The notes below the pieces were generated by a model. It was given only the letters and a program-made list of their open reading frames with translations, searched no databases and was not told the origin of the DNA. DNA of 64,000 nucleotides from Octopus vulgaris (Eukaryota): positions 59,954,001 through 60,018,000 of the forward strand of contig OX597830.1 of assembly GCA_951406725.2 (NCBI GenBank), written 5' to 3'. This document shows positions 20,096 through 33,713 of this stretch, piece by piece. The position numbers and the translations under genes are program-made. The first letter of the stretch is position 1. Every line of letters begins with the position of its first letter.

Positions 20096-20178
20096 ATTCT
20101 CGACATATGTTTCGAAGGCTACATATTCCTAATTCCGAAGGAATAAGGAGTACATTATGCAGATTTCTCATCAGATTT
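20096..20178 (-). ncRNA. Hammerhead ribozyme-like motif with long stem II
   Basis: CUGAUGA, long stem capped by cUUCGg, GAAA-CAUAUG-UC; stem I degenerate. Confidence 0.6.
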
Positions 20179-20202
20179 TGTTCAACTCCATTCTTTCCTA
20201 TA

Positions 20203-20271
<69 letters not shown>

Positions 20272-20599
20272 GTGTGTGCATCTGTGTTTGTCCTCCGGCC
20301 ATCGCTTGGCAAATGATGCTGGTGTGTAACTTAGCGGTTCCCTCTAACCTAGCAGTTCGGTTAAAGAGACCGATAGAATAAGTAGTGGGCTTACAAAGAA
20401 TAAGCCCTGGGGTCGATTTCTTCAACTTAAAAAATCCCTTAAGGCGATGCTCCAGCATAGCCGCAAGTAAAAGAATAAAAGAATATGTGTGTATGTGGTT
20501 GTGTGTGTGTGTGTGTGTGCGCGTGTGTGTGTGTATATGCGTGTGCGTGTGTTGTGTGTGTTTGCGCGCGCGTTTGTGTGTGATTGTGTATGTGTGTGA

Positions 20600-20660
<61 letters not shown>

Positions 20661-20702
20661 TACCACTGGCAATTTTTTTCCCTCTGTCTTCCCTTCTCCT
20701 AT

Positions 20703-20737
20703 GTTTCCGACGAAGAGCTCCGCTCGAAACGTTAAAC
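20703..20737 (+). ncRNA. Minimal type-I hammerhead-like motif (design 1) inside a ~165-bp element between (TA)n tracts
   Basis: GUUU-[CCGACGA]-A-GAGC-UCC-GCUC-[GAAA]-CGUU-AAAC; one core change (U4C). Confidence 0.6.
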
Positions 20738-20818
20738 TCCTGTGTTTCCTGAGCGTCCAATAATACTTTATTTGTTCCACGTCCTTGCGTTGTTGTGTTT
20801 TTTTGTTTTCTTGTTTTC

Positions 20819-20884
<66 letters not shown>

Positions 20885-20885
<1 letters not shown>

Positions 20886-21010
20886 GACGGGATACTTTCA
20901 CTTTCTGTGTACCAAATCCACTCACAAGTCTTTTGTCGGCCCGAGGCTATGGTAGAAGATACTCACCGAAGGCTGCGAAGTAATCTTCTTACCACACAGC
21001 CACGCCTGCG
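20885..21010 (-). mobile_element. Family A SINE head, degenerate
   Basis: ACCAAATCCACTCACAAG...CCGAGGCTAT...CTTACCACACAGCCAC. Confidence 0.7.
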
Positions 21011-21269
21011 CCAATATGTATCCAGACTACGATTATGCAATCTACACACTACATATTTATCGTTAAACTATTCTCCCACCGAACACTATACCACATGCAA
21101 TACACCCGTAACACTTCCATACATGTTCAGGCACCTACAGTACACAATATTCGCATATTTCCTCACAATACACCCGTAATTCTACACTGTCCACACACTA
21201 ATATATCGATAGCTTCACACTACCCGCAAACTGAGTACCTATATATTTACACTTCCGCTACACGATTTC

Positions 21270-21700
21270 CATACTGCTACACTAAACCATACACACTCTA
21301 AGTCTATACCGTTATCCTCTACCCATAATATATACCCTGGCTGCTACACTAAATTATACACGCTCTCTGTGTATACCGATGCACCCTACCCGAAATATAT
21401 ATTCATACTGCTACACTAACTGACTAACAAACCTAGACATACACTCCATCTATATAGCTACAATCTACCCGAAATATATGTCCAGACTGCTATACAAAAC
21501 CATACGCACTCTATGTCTATATCGCTATCATCTACCCGTAATATATACCCAGATCGCTACACTAACTTATACACACTCAATGTGTATACCGATGCACCCT
21601 ACCCAGCCTACTACACTAACCCATACACACTCTCCGTCTATATCGTCACAATGTACCCGTAATATATGTTTAGACTGCTACACTGAATTGTATACAATTT
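21270..21700. repeat. ~67-bp minisatellite with a 3-unit higher-order pattern
   Basis: CTGCTACACTAA-like anchors at 21274, 21341, 21408, 21487, 21554, 21608, 21675. Confidence 0.8.
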
Positions 21701-21759
21701 ACCTTTTCTGTGTTCTCCGCTTGCTCCATCCCGTCTTCTTTTCTTCCTTTATCTCTTGT

Positions 21760-22115
<356 letters not shown>

Positions 22116-23047
22116 TCTGACTTTCTCTTCCAGCCTCCATTCCTCCACATGTAGATGTTTTTATTAAATGCACGCATCAACATATATCGTCTCTTTTTTT
22201 TCTTTTTTTTTTTCTTATTTCCAAACAAAGCAATTCTTTAACCTCGGAAACGACCTCCTCCCTACCCCACCCATACACACACACACACAGAGTCACATAC
22301 ACTCCTCATCACAGAGACTCACACTATCTGAGTTGCCCACCTCGAAATCTATCCACTTGAGAGTAGAGTAGCCTCAATACAAGATGTTGAAGAGACTAGA
22401 CACGGCACACCGCGGTACCATGTTGTGTTTCTTTGAATCTGTTGCACCTCTATGTATTTTGGGGGTTGCCTGTATGTTATCTGTCTGTATGTCTGTCATC
22501 GTCTAAACAGCCACAGTCTACCCGTATTATATACCCAGACTGCTAGACTAAACTATACACTCAAAATACTTCTTGTTCTTGCCATAAATATTTCCGGATA
22601 AAATGCCAGCCTATTTTTAATGTATGTGCTTCACTCAGTGCTAGGTGTTACCTTCATTTCTTTTCCCATGTTGACAGAAAAATATAGCAATTTTGCGTTA
22701 AATTTAATCACAATTTTCCAAGTAAATGTATTTAATAAGTAAAATAATAGACAAACTTTGAATTTGATGTTTAATTTGCTCAGAATTTTCCAAATAAATG
22801 TTTTTAAGCAAAATAATTAACAAACAGTATTTTGTGTTTGCTTCGCTCAAACTTTTCTTAACAAACAAAATAATTGACAAACTCTGTTTAAAGATTAAAA
22901 TTAAATCTGCTTTGACGAATGCACTTTTATATTGAACGCTTTTATCTTTTCTAATCATATATACACTCTCACTATACATACACGTTCATCACGTGCGTGT
23001 ATATGTATGTGTGTGTGTGCGTGTGCGATTGTGTGTGTGTATATGCA

Positions 23048-23121
<74 letters not shown>

Positions 23122-23166
23122 CATTAGATAGATAGATTAGATAGACAGATAGAGAGATAGACAGAC

Positions 23167-23240
<74 letters not shown>

Positions 23241-23242
23241 CG

Positions 23243-23280
<38 letters not shown>

Positions 23281-23505
23281 CAAGAGAGAGAGAGAGAGAG
23301 AGAGAGAGAAAGTGAGAGAGAAAGTGAGAGAAAGAGAAAGACAATTATGTAGATAAACAAATTAGACACATTAGATATATTAAATATACCCGCTCTACTT
23401 GACCCCTCTTATAGCCTTTCTTTTACCCTGTGGAATTGATCCCCTCTAAATATATTGGAGTCTCCGTCATTACGGAGAATCTCTGAATCTAATCTGAGGA
23501 CAATA

Positions 23506-23900
23506 TATTCTTTTATTCTTTTACAGCCCTAAGGCCTGTGGCCATGCTAGGGCATCGCTAGTGTAATAATCTTTTAACTGGCCAATTCTATGTGATTGGC
23601 TTTTGGTGAAAGAGGGAGTTCGATACTGTTGCCATCTTTTGAGTTTTCTGCCTTGATATTGGTTCATCTGGGATCATGGATAGCAAAAGGTCAAGTTGTG
23701 TCTTGAAAACATCTACCCGCTTTGGCAAGGCGTTAAATAGCTTGAATCTCAAGCTATTGCACTATATGGTTCTCGCCTTAGCTGTGACAGCTGGGACTTT
23801 TGGAACAGTGCAGTGACGTCCAATTCAAGGTCCGGTAGAACTCTCAATTCTAAAGTTTGGTGCCAACCCCTCAAGTACCTTTCACATATATCATTGCATA
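23506..23900 (-). pseudogene. 3' end of a CR1-like LINE including its 3' tail
   Basis: Minus strand gives GRHCTVPKVPA...FKTQLDLLLSMIPDEP, homologous to the 32805-33431 ORF; ends GCGATGCCCTAGCATGGCCACAG...TAAAAGAATAAAAG. Confidence 0.75.
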
Positions 23901-24135
23901 CCTATTTCTTTATTACCCACAAGGGGCTAAACATAGAGGAGACAAACAAGGACAGACATAGGTATTAAGTCGATTACATCGACCCCAGTGCGTAACTGGT
24001 ACTTAATTTATCGACCTCGAAAGGATGAAAGGCAAAGTCGACCTCGGTCGAATTTGAACTCAGAACGTAACGGCAGACGAAATACGGCTACGCATTTTGC
24101 CCGGCGTGCTAACCACTCTGCCAGTTCTGCCGCCT
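23901..24135 (-). mobile_element. Family B SINE, tail type 2
   Basis: Same as 19500-19714, with full head ending CCGCCTT. Confidence 0.85.
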
Positions 24136-24434
24136 TAACGTTTCTGCCATGCATACCTCTCCCGTCTTCGGTCCAGGGAGTAGTGTCGTACCTCTCTCAG
24201 TCTCTCCCAGTAGCTCAGCTTTTCCATTTATGCAATCTTCCTCGTGTAGCATCGTGGTGGTGGTGGTGGTGGTGATGGTTGCGGCGGTGGCGGTGATAGT
24301 GGTGTTTGTGGTGCTATGTATGTACCTGGTGTTGTTTTATGGGTGTACATCCATTTCATGTGCGCGTGCCACATACATACAGTTATACTCGTATGATGTA
24401 CATATCTTAAATGTATGTATATACACTTTATTTC

Positions 24435-24652
24435 CCTGTTGCCCCAATCCACTCAGCTGGCAAAACTGAGTTGTACCTGTATTTCAAAGGGCCACCCTTG
24501 TTCCATTCTGTGACATGCTGAATCTTCCTAAGGACTACGTTAAGGGCACACGTGTCTGTGGAGTGCTCAGCCACTTGCACGTTAATTTCACAAGCAAGCT
24601 GTTCCGTTGATCGGGTCAACTGGAACCGTCGTCGTAACCGACGGAGCGCCAG
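24435..24652 (+). mobile_element. Family C SINE body and tail
   Basis: GTTGTACCTGTATTTCAAAGGGCC...GAGTGCTCAGCCACTTGCA...GTCGTAACCGACGGAG; homologous to 51752-52116. Confidence 0.75.
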
Positions 24653-24762
24653 ATTAAAAGAAATATATGCATGCATGTGTGTGTGTGTGTGTGTGTGTTT
24701 TGTGTGTGTGTGTTTGTGTGTGTTTGTGTGTGTGTGTGTGTGTGTTTGTGCGTGCGTGCGTG

Positions 24763-24795
<33 letters not shown>

Positions 24796-25274
24796 ACGTG
24801 TGAAAGTCAGTGGAAGTATGATCAAGTGGTTAAGTTCGCTTTGCAATCAAGAGGTTCCTGTTTCGAAACCACTGCTTACTCTCCGATATACGTGAGACGT
24901 CTGACTAAAACCGTGTGAGTGACATGAGGTAGATGGAAACTATGTCGAAGCCCACTAGATAGATCGTACTTTATTACATATTCTATCACTGATTTTATGT
25001 GAGAGTTACGTAAAGAGCGATTTTACGGTGTACTCAACCGCTTGACACGTTAATTTAATGAGTAGGTTGGTTAACTGAGAGATAAGATGGAATAAAATCA
25101 GGAAAAACCGATGCAAGATCCGTTTACATATTGCATATATAGATAATTGTGTACTTCTACGTACACATACATGCAGGCAGATGTGTGTGTGTGTGCGTGT
25201 GTGCATGTGCGTGTTTGTATTTATATACATACTCACACGCACACTTATAGACAAATAGATAGATATATGTATGT

Positions 25275-25562
25275 ATACAGTGTGCAGTGAATAAATTGTC
25301 TAAATTACGCAAACATGAAAATAACATTGACATCTCATTTCAACAGATATATTTACCAAAATTACATAGAAATAGCTTAAAATACTAAAGAGTAACTTTA
25401 TTCAATAAAATCGCCATTGGCTTCAACCACAGCCACCAGACCACTTCGGAACCTCCTGTAACTCTTCTGGATGGTCTCCCTGTTTAAGTTGGTAAATGCT
25501 GCCGTAATCCTTGCCTTCAGTCCATCTTTGGTGTTACAAGGAGTTTTGTTGGTCTCTCGCTC
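25275..25562 (-). mobile_element. Tc1/maT-like transposon 3' remnant
   Basis: ERETNKTPCNTKDGLKARI...RRFRSGLVAVVEANGDFIE*; TA-CAGTGTG terminus; related to 59470-60200. Confidence 0.7.
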
Positions 25563-25568
25563 TGTGTG

Positions 25569-25650
<82 letters not shown>

Positions 25651-26454
25651 TGTTTGTGCGTGAGTGTGCGTGAGTGTCTAAGTGTTCGCGTGATGCGATT
25701 GAGTATGTATATATATATATACATATGCGAACATATGTGTACCCAGCTCATTGTCCGGGCGAAAGATAAACGCAATTTCCACCAAAAAAACATCTGCTAT
25801 AAGCAAAAACAAAAAAAAAAAACATTGATAGATAAACTAATGGAAAGAGGTAGCCATGACTATGGCCTGATGTAGAGTGGGTGGCATAGGAGAAGGGGAG
25901 GAGGTGAGCCTTTAGATCTCTCTCCCTAATCCGCCTCTTCCTATTCCCTCCTCCACAAAATTGCACGTCTGCTAATTCTTTGTTGTTTTTCACCTTTGAA
26001 CCATTTCTTTTCTTCATCTTGTTATTGTGTTTGATCCCATTTGTGTTGTTGTTGTTGATGTTGTGATTGTCTTTGTTGCTTTCGTTGATGTTATTGTGTT
26101 TGATGCTATATCATTGCTATTGTTGGTGCTGTTGATGTTGCTAGCGATGGTGTTGATGCCGTTATTGGAGTTACCGTGACCGTTGGTGTTGTTATTGTTG
26201 TTATGTAAACACCAGGTCGGCTCTGACTGACCAAATGTTCCGGCCATTTATATCTCATCTTTTGCGGACTATATCGTCGTGTGCGTTCTTTTCGGTAAAA
26301 AAAACTGCATGGTGTAACTTGAGAGATGATTTGACAGTTATTTCTAGCAGGCCCAGCTATCATATAAAGCAGTCATGTTCCTTATATTGCGAAGCGGGCC
26401 GCATGAGACATGGCTCATCAAAGGGATATAGATACATAGACAAACAGACAGATG

Positions 26455-26505
26455 GATAGATAAATAGACAGACAGACAAAACGTTGGATTGATAGATAGA
26501 TAAAC

Positions 26506-26582
<77 letters not shown>

Positions 26583-26589
26583 CAGACAG

Positions 26590-26645
<56 letters not shown>

Positions 26646-26838
26646 GTATATGTATATATATATTTAGATAGGAAGATAGATAGACAGACAGACAGACATA
26701 TATATATATATATATTTAGATAGAAAGATAGACAGATATATATATATATATATATATATTTAGATATGTTTCTTTATTAGCCACACAGGGCTGCACACAG
26801 ATAGAACAAATTACAAGGTAGAGCTTTTCTTTTGAAGG

Positions 26839-26871
<33 letters not shown>

Positions 26872-26889
26872 TTAGATAGATAGATAGAC

Positions 26890-26984
<95 letters not shown>

Positions 26985-27275
26985 GTTTGGAAAGGATAGT
27001 GATAGCCGGGTGGAAGTGATAATGATTATGCAATAGGTGAGCAACCTAAGAGAGAAGTAACAGAAGAGCAAGAAGAAGAAGAAGTTTGAAGAGCAATGTG
27101 TTCTTGAAGTGTTGGCTGTTGGCTATCAAACTGTAGCAGTGCATCTTTGAATTATTCATCTTCCTACCTTGACTTTTTCTCTTGATTCTCACATTAACAC
27201 TTCTCTTCAGCTGCCTCAAACATTTCTAACATATCATGATTGTGGCCATTGTTGATTATCACATCTCTCTTCCAC

Positions 27276-27307
<32 letters not shown>

Positions 27308-27610
27308 TTCTCTCTTTCTCTCTCTCTTCTCTCTCTCTCTACCTACCTACCTACCTACCTACCTACCTACCTACCTACCTACCTACCTACCTACCTACCT
27401 ACTTACCTACCTACCTACCTACCTACCTACCTACCTACCTACCTACCTACTTACCTACCTACTTACCTACCTACCTACCTACCTACCCACCTACCTACTT
27501 ACCTACCTACCTACCTACCTACCTACCTACCTACCTACCTACCTACCTACCTACTTACCTACCTACCTACCTATCTACCTACCTATCTACCTACCTATCT
27601 ATCTACCTTT
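26455..27610. repeat. (GATA)n/(TA)n and (CTAC)n microsatellites; further (CTAC)n at 28755-28990
   Basis: Directly visible. Confidence 0.95.
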
Positions 27611-28196
27611 TTATTCACCTACCTGCCTTTCTTCCTTCTAATCCACTTAACTATCCATTTCCAACCTGTCTGTCAACCTCTTACCAGGTGATTGCTCCAT
27701 CTTCGCTGATGATTGCCAGTTCCTTGTGCTTCCTCGTTGTCATTGGCATTTCCGACTTTACATTCATGACCATTCTAATGACTATTCAGTCCCACTACAG
27801 ATCTGCTTGGTTTGAACCTTAGGTGACAAACGAAAGCTGTAGCTTACAGTTCGCTTCCGACTGGTTAGGTTTGCACACATCAACACTCTTCCATCGCAAT
27901 AGGACTTTCAGTCCGTGGAACGACGAAGGAAGATACCATTAAGAGACATCTCTACGCCACTGGATTACAGAGATGATAAACACTTGTACAACACGAGTAC
28001 CGCTATCTGAGAGTCCGTGGTTAATACCTGGTGACTGGTCGAAGCGGGAGGACAAGTAATCACGTAAAACAGTATGCTTTTCATCAGTGTCCCTCTCCAA
28101 GACCCCTAGAAGTGGGACACCACGGACCCCTAGATGTTGTCACAGCTCGTTTTACACACTCGTTTTACTGCGCGTGCTGACATCAACTAAAAGCAT

Positions 28197-28436
28197 TTCT
28201 TATTTCTTTACTGCCCACAAGGTGCTAAACATAGAGAAGACAAACAAGGACAGACAAAGGGATTAAGATCTATTACATCGACCCCAGTGCGTGACTGGTA
28301 CTTATTTTATTGACCCCCGAAAGGATGAAAGGCAAAGTCGACCGCGGCGGAATTTGAAATCAGAATGTAACAGCAGACGAAATGCCGCTAAGCATTCTGC
28401 GCGGCGTGCTAACGTTTCTGCCAGCTCACCACCTTG
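28197..28436 (-). mobile_element. Family B SINE, tail type 2
   Basis: Same motifs as 23901-24135. Confidence 0.85.
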
Positions 28437-29311
28437 CTAAAGGTATTTCTGTAACGCCGCGGTTAGATAGGATATCCTCACATAAGCTAGTTAACCCATT
28501 ACTGAGACCCTTTCAAGTGCTACTATTCCGGATCAGAGTAGATCCGGGAACAATAGTTAGAGGTACTACCACACTCCTCAAAACTCTAGAACTCCTGAAC
28601 CAGAGTCCTACTACTCGATGCAGTTTAAAGTCAAACTCTGCTTACCAACGTACAATGTATAACACAGCGTACCATATATTAAGTTATTTTCTATCTATCC
28701 ACATACGTACCTGCTCAATGCCTGCCTACTTACATCTTTCCCTCCCCTAACCACCCTACCTACCTACCTACCTACCGACCGACCTACCTACCTACCTACC
28801 TACCTACCTACCTACCTACCTACCTACATACCGACCTACCTACCTACCTACCTACCTACCTACCTACCTACCTACCTACCTACCTACCTAGCGACCTACC
28901 TACCTACCTACCTACCTACCTACCTACCTACCTACCTACCTACCTACACATACTGACCTACCTACCTACCTACCTCCCTACCTACCTATTTAACTAACTA
29001 CCTAGCTAACTAATATGTAAGTAACTGACTGACTGACTGACTAATCAACTAACAACATATCTTAAGTGACAATTAAGCCAGTTTTTGAATGATTCGTTTC
29101 ATATCTTCCTTTTCTTTTTTGTTCATTCAGTTGTTATTTAGTACCAGTCGAACGCTGGGGTCGATGTAATCGACTAAACCCCCTCCCCTAGAATTTCAGG
29201 CTTTGAGCCTATAGTAGAAAGGATTTTTATTATTACTAATTGTTGAAGCGAAGTCATTGTACTATGTGAAATATAGATTTTAACTAAAAGAATCGTATAC
29301 AGAGAAAGTAA

Positions 29312-29652
29312 AAGGGTAAAAATCCCCTTCGGTCATGGATGACCATTGGATTGCACCTAGAAAGTTAGTCTCAGAGTCACAAGTCCTGGTAAAGTTTATG
29401 GAAGACCAACAGTCGCCCATGCATACCAACCTCTCCGCTCCATGCCCCCTATGTTACCCAAAAGAAAGGCAAAGGCCGACACAACCGGACACACGTGACG
29501 TCGCAACTCAATTCCACGGCTGAATGAACTGGAGCAACATCAAATAAAGTATCTTGCTGAAGAACACAACACGCAGCTCGGTCCGGGAATCGAACTGACA
29601 AGCTCGTGATTGTGAGCTCGACCTTCTAACCACTAAGTCATGCGCCTTCATT
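29312..29652 (-). mobile_element. tRNA-derived SINE, family D, with 12-bp target-site duplication
   Basis: Minus head TGAAGGCGCATGACTTAGTGGTTAG...GTTCGATTCCCGG; CAGAGAAAGTAA at 29300-29311 and 29653-29664. Confidence 0.8.
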
Positions 29653-29719
29653 CAGAGAAAGTAAGGTTTGCACTTTATTTCTTTATTTCTTCCTCTCGTG
29701 TCTTGGGCAAAAGGAAAAA

Positions 29720-30600
29720 GAAAGAAAGAGAAAAGACCGTAAATATTTCACGCCACCCATTACGAAACATGCAATATCCATGATTAAGCAGGTTCCCCCC
29801 CTTTTCATTCGCAACCACTGTATCCGGTTTTCGAGGTTCAGTTTCATTGGACCATATACAACCTATCCTTAGCACAGAGCGCCCAATGAATCATTCCTGC
29901 GATTCTATCGTGTCTTCTTTTGTCTACTTTTTAGTGCAAATCCTTCCTTCACAATATGCCACACAGCCTAGCCTTTATCAACCTCTGCATTTGACACGTT
30001 CAAATGTATGTATTGTCAATCTTGCATTTTGTGTAATTTAACCTAAGTGCTTCTTTCCGCGCAGCACAAATAAGCGTTTCTGTGTCTGGTTTCAAATCAC
30101 TCTTCCGTAGCCACTACCATTTGTATTCCTGCTCACTTGTCTTGTAAACTGCGCGGGTATCGTGTCTATTCCATTTCCTTTTGTACTCCTTATTCTCTCG
30201 TCTCCACGCATGTATCTGTCCTGACTATACCAGATACTCCCATCTGAATCAACAAGGGTTCTCTAGTACTCTTAATATACCAACCCAAGCTATTTTCTTC
30301 TGAATGGCCCTCACCCGCCTTTGCGTCTAGTTAGATTCGAACTGTCGATATCATTCATGGAGTGGAATGCTCCTTATATTGAATAGTTTTCGGTCTAGCC
30401 CCTACAACTTCTCTTTCCTCCAACTGATTATACCTACACCATAGCTCATTCCTTCATTCGGTTTTGTTAGCAACACCATTCTAAGTCTTCGGAGTTGCTC
30501 TTGCATAAAGCTTTACTTCATTTCTTCTTTCTTCACTTGATTCACTTCAGAAAGAGGCCAGGTTTTTATATGCAGTATCGTCAGTCCTTTTCATAATTTT
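29720..30600 (-). pseudogene. Decayed R4/Dong-type (restriction-like endonuclease) non-LTR retrotransposon
   Basis: Minus-strand fragments GAFHSMNDID...RRKGG*G, EENSLGWYIK, DTETLICAARKEALRLNY...KID, RKPDTVV. Confidence 0.75.
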
Positions 30601-30621
30601 TCCTGAGGGTAATTCTGTACT

Positions 30622-30817
30622 CTTTACTCTCTCTTGTTTCAGTCATTTTGACTGCGGCCATGCTGGAGCACCGCCTTTAATCGAGCGACTCGACCCCGGG
30701 ACTTATTCTTTGTAAGCCCAGTACATATTCTATCGGTCTCTTTGCGGAACCGCTAAGTGACGGGGACATAAACACACCAGCATCGACTGTCAAGCGATGT
30801 TGGGGGGGGACAAACAC

Positions 30818-30904
<87 letters not shown>

Positions 30905-31078
30905 CGACGGGCTTCTTTCAGTTTCCGTCTACCAAATCCACTCACAAGGCTTTGGTCGGCCCGAGGCTATAGTAGAAGACACTTGCCCAAGGTGCCACGC
31001 AGTGGGACTGAACCCGGAACCATGTGGTTGGTAAACAAGCTACTTACCACACAGCCACTCCTCCGCCTTCAAGTCTCG
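30622..31078 (-). mobile_element. Full-length family A SINE with internal (TG)n
   Basis: Complete head, core, microsatellite and tail. Confidence 0.9.
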
Positions 31079-31103
31079 CCACAAATATTACTCCACATTA
31101 AGA

Positions 31104-31305
31104 CGGCGATTTGGCAGAATAGTTAGCAAATGCTTAGCAGCATTTTTATTCATTTTTACGTTCTGAGTTCAAATTCTGCCGAGGTTGACTTTGCCTTTCA
31201 TCCTTTCATGGTCCATAAATCTAGTACCAGTTGAGCACTGGGGGTGATGTAATCGACTTAACCCACCCTCGAAATTGTTGGCCTTGTACCAAAATTTGTA
31301 CAAGT
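31104..31305 (+). mobile_element. Family B SINE, degenerate
   Basis: GAGTTCAAATTCTGCCGAGGTTGACTTTGCCTTTCATCCTTTC. Confidence 0.75.
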
Positions 31306-31789
31306 AATTAGTCCACATTTTAAAGCCTAAATTCTATTTTGATGTCCTAAAGAACTGATTACTGCTGTTGTTGTGTTATTGCCTAACCCGTGTCAATCTT
31401 AATGGAGCCATCTCATGATCAGACATTCCATTCAGGACCATCCCGTCTTTTTCCCTAATGTGCAGGGGACTCGAAATAAATAATTCAGCAAATCGTTTTT
31501 AAGTGGTTTGGTGGGGAGATTTAGCTGTTATTTCTGACTGGTCGTCTCATCGCATTGAAACCTTCTTAAGAGGTGGTTTATTGCAAAACTTGTAATTTGG
31601 TGAGATTATATTCTTCATATTCTTGGAATTCATTAATAATTGTTGTTTGTGATTGGTTTCGATGTTCAGCATAATGAAATACTTTTTAATTATGGTCATT
31701 AGTGTTATATTTTCAGTTATTCCAAACGAAATGTCATCACTGTCCTTGTCATTTGCATATCGCTGTGTATGTATGTATTTACGTATGTC

Positions 31790-31821
<32 letters not shown>

Positions 31822-32056
31822 TGTATGTATGTATGTATGTATGTATGTATGTATGTATGTATGTATGTATGTGTGTATGTGTGTATGTGTGTATGTGTGT
31901 ATGTATGTATGTATGTATGTATGTATGTATGTATTGTATATATATACGTATGTATATTTGTATGCAAATATGTATGTACGTATGTAAACGTGGACAAATG
32001 TGTTCATATAGGCATACTTGTATGTATGCACGTATGTTCAGATATATGTATGCACT

Positions 32057-32087
<31 letters not shown>

Positions 32088-32439
32088 CTCTCCCACACCT
32101 TCACTGTATTTCTCTCTCTCTCTCTCTCTCTCTCCTTCTCTCTCTCTCTCTCTCATAAAACACACACATTTTATTAATAATCGGCAGATGTTACGAGCCG
32201 AGAGTTTCCTACAATAGCACTAATCAAGCTTCATAAGTCTTATAGTGGCATTACACGAAACACTCGGCTCTTGAGTCACTCTGAGACTCATGCCAATTAT
32301 CAATAACAAAAAAAACTATATATACTCATGTTTTACATTCTACATTCCTGTTTACACCTGAAAGCCTATATACATATATATATATATATATATATAGACA
32401 TAGACATAATAAATAATATTATTTATGTGAATAATATAC

Positions 32440-32555
32440 TCTACTCTTTTACTTGATTCAGTCATTTGACTGCTGCCATGCTGGAGCTCCGCCTTTTTAG
32501 CCGAGCAAATCGACCCCGGGACTTATTCTTTGTAAGCCCAGTACTTATTCTATCG
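32440..32555 (-). mobile_element. Family A SINE tail, abutting the LINE remnant
   Basis: CAGTCATTTGACTGC.GCCATGCTGGAGC...CAGTACTTATTCTATCG. Confidence 0.8.
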
Positions 32556-33466
32556 ATCTCAAAAGCTTTTGACAAGGTGGATCATGGACTCAATCTACAG
32601 ATGGGCTGAGGATAATAATCTGCAGTCTAATGCTGAAAAATTCCAGGCCCTACGCTACCAGCATCCAAAACTGAGTATTAAACTTACAGGATACACCGGT
32701 CCACAGGGAATTTCAATCCCAGAGCCTAAATCTGTGAGGGACCTGGGTATCGACATGAGTGATGATACCACTTTCCAAGTGCACATTACCAGGATGGCGA
32801 CAAAGTGCAGACGACTGGCTGGGTGGATCCTAAGAACATTCAGAGAACCAGAGATAAGGAAACCATGATGGGCCTCTGGCGGACATTCGTCCTCAGCCGC
32901 CTGGATTACTGCTCACAGCTATGGTCACCCACCAGTGTAAAATTAACAGCGGACCTTGAAGTAATCCAGAGAAGATTCACAAAGAAGATCGTCTCTTTGC
33001 AACAGCTCAGCTACTGGGAAAGGTTGAAACAGCTAAGATTCTACTCCCTGGAGAGAAGACGGGAGAGGTATGCAATAATATATGTCTGGAAGATCTTGGA
33101 AGGAATTGTGCCAAATTTTGGCATTGTAAGCTACACCAATGCTAGAACGGGACGACACTGCATAGTGCCAAAGATCCCAGCAATGCCATCACGCTTCAGG
33201 ACCAGTTTCTGCAACAGCCTGGGTTTCAAGGGCCCACAGCTTTTTAATATTCTCCCAAAGAGTCTGAGGAACTTGCACAAAGTAGATGTAGCGGTTTTTA
33301 AATCAAAGCTGGACATCTTCCTGTCGAGAGTCCCAGATGAACCTACCTCGCGGCAAGAGGTGCAAATGAGAGTAGCTATATCAAACTCCATTCTTCACCA
33401 AGTGCCACATATTAGACGAGGTTCTTCGTAATAACAGTGTAGCACAAAACGGCGGTGCATCAGCCT
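32556..33466 (+). pseudogene. CR1-like LINE reverse transcriptase C-terminal region, internally deleted and frameshifted
   Basis: KAFDKVDHG, RDLGI, LAGWILRTF, SRLDYCSQLWSP, SYWERLKQL..YSLERRRERY; ORFs 32569-32868 and 32805-33431. Confidence 0.9.
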
Positions 33467-33577
33467 TTCATCCTTTCGGGATCGATAAATTAAGTACCAG
33501 TTGCGTACTGGGGTCGATCTAATCGACTGGTCCCCTCCCCCCAAATTTTGGGCTTTGTGCCTAGAGCAGAAAAGAAT
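33463..33577 (+). mobile_element. Family B SINE 3' half, tail type 1
   Basis: GCCTTTCATCCTTTCGGGATCGATAAATTAAGTACCAG...AGAAAAGAATA. Confidence 0.8.
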
Positions 33578-33645
33578 ATATATATATATATATATATGAT
33601 ATACCTATATGTATGTATATATATATATATATGTGTATATATATA

Positions 33646-33713
<68 letters not shown>

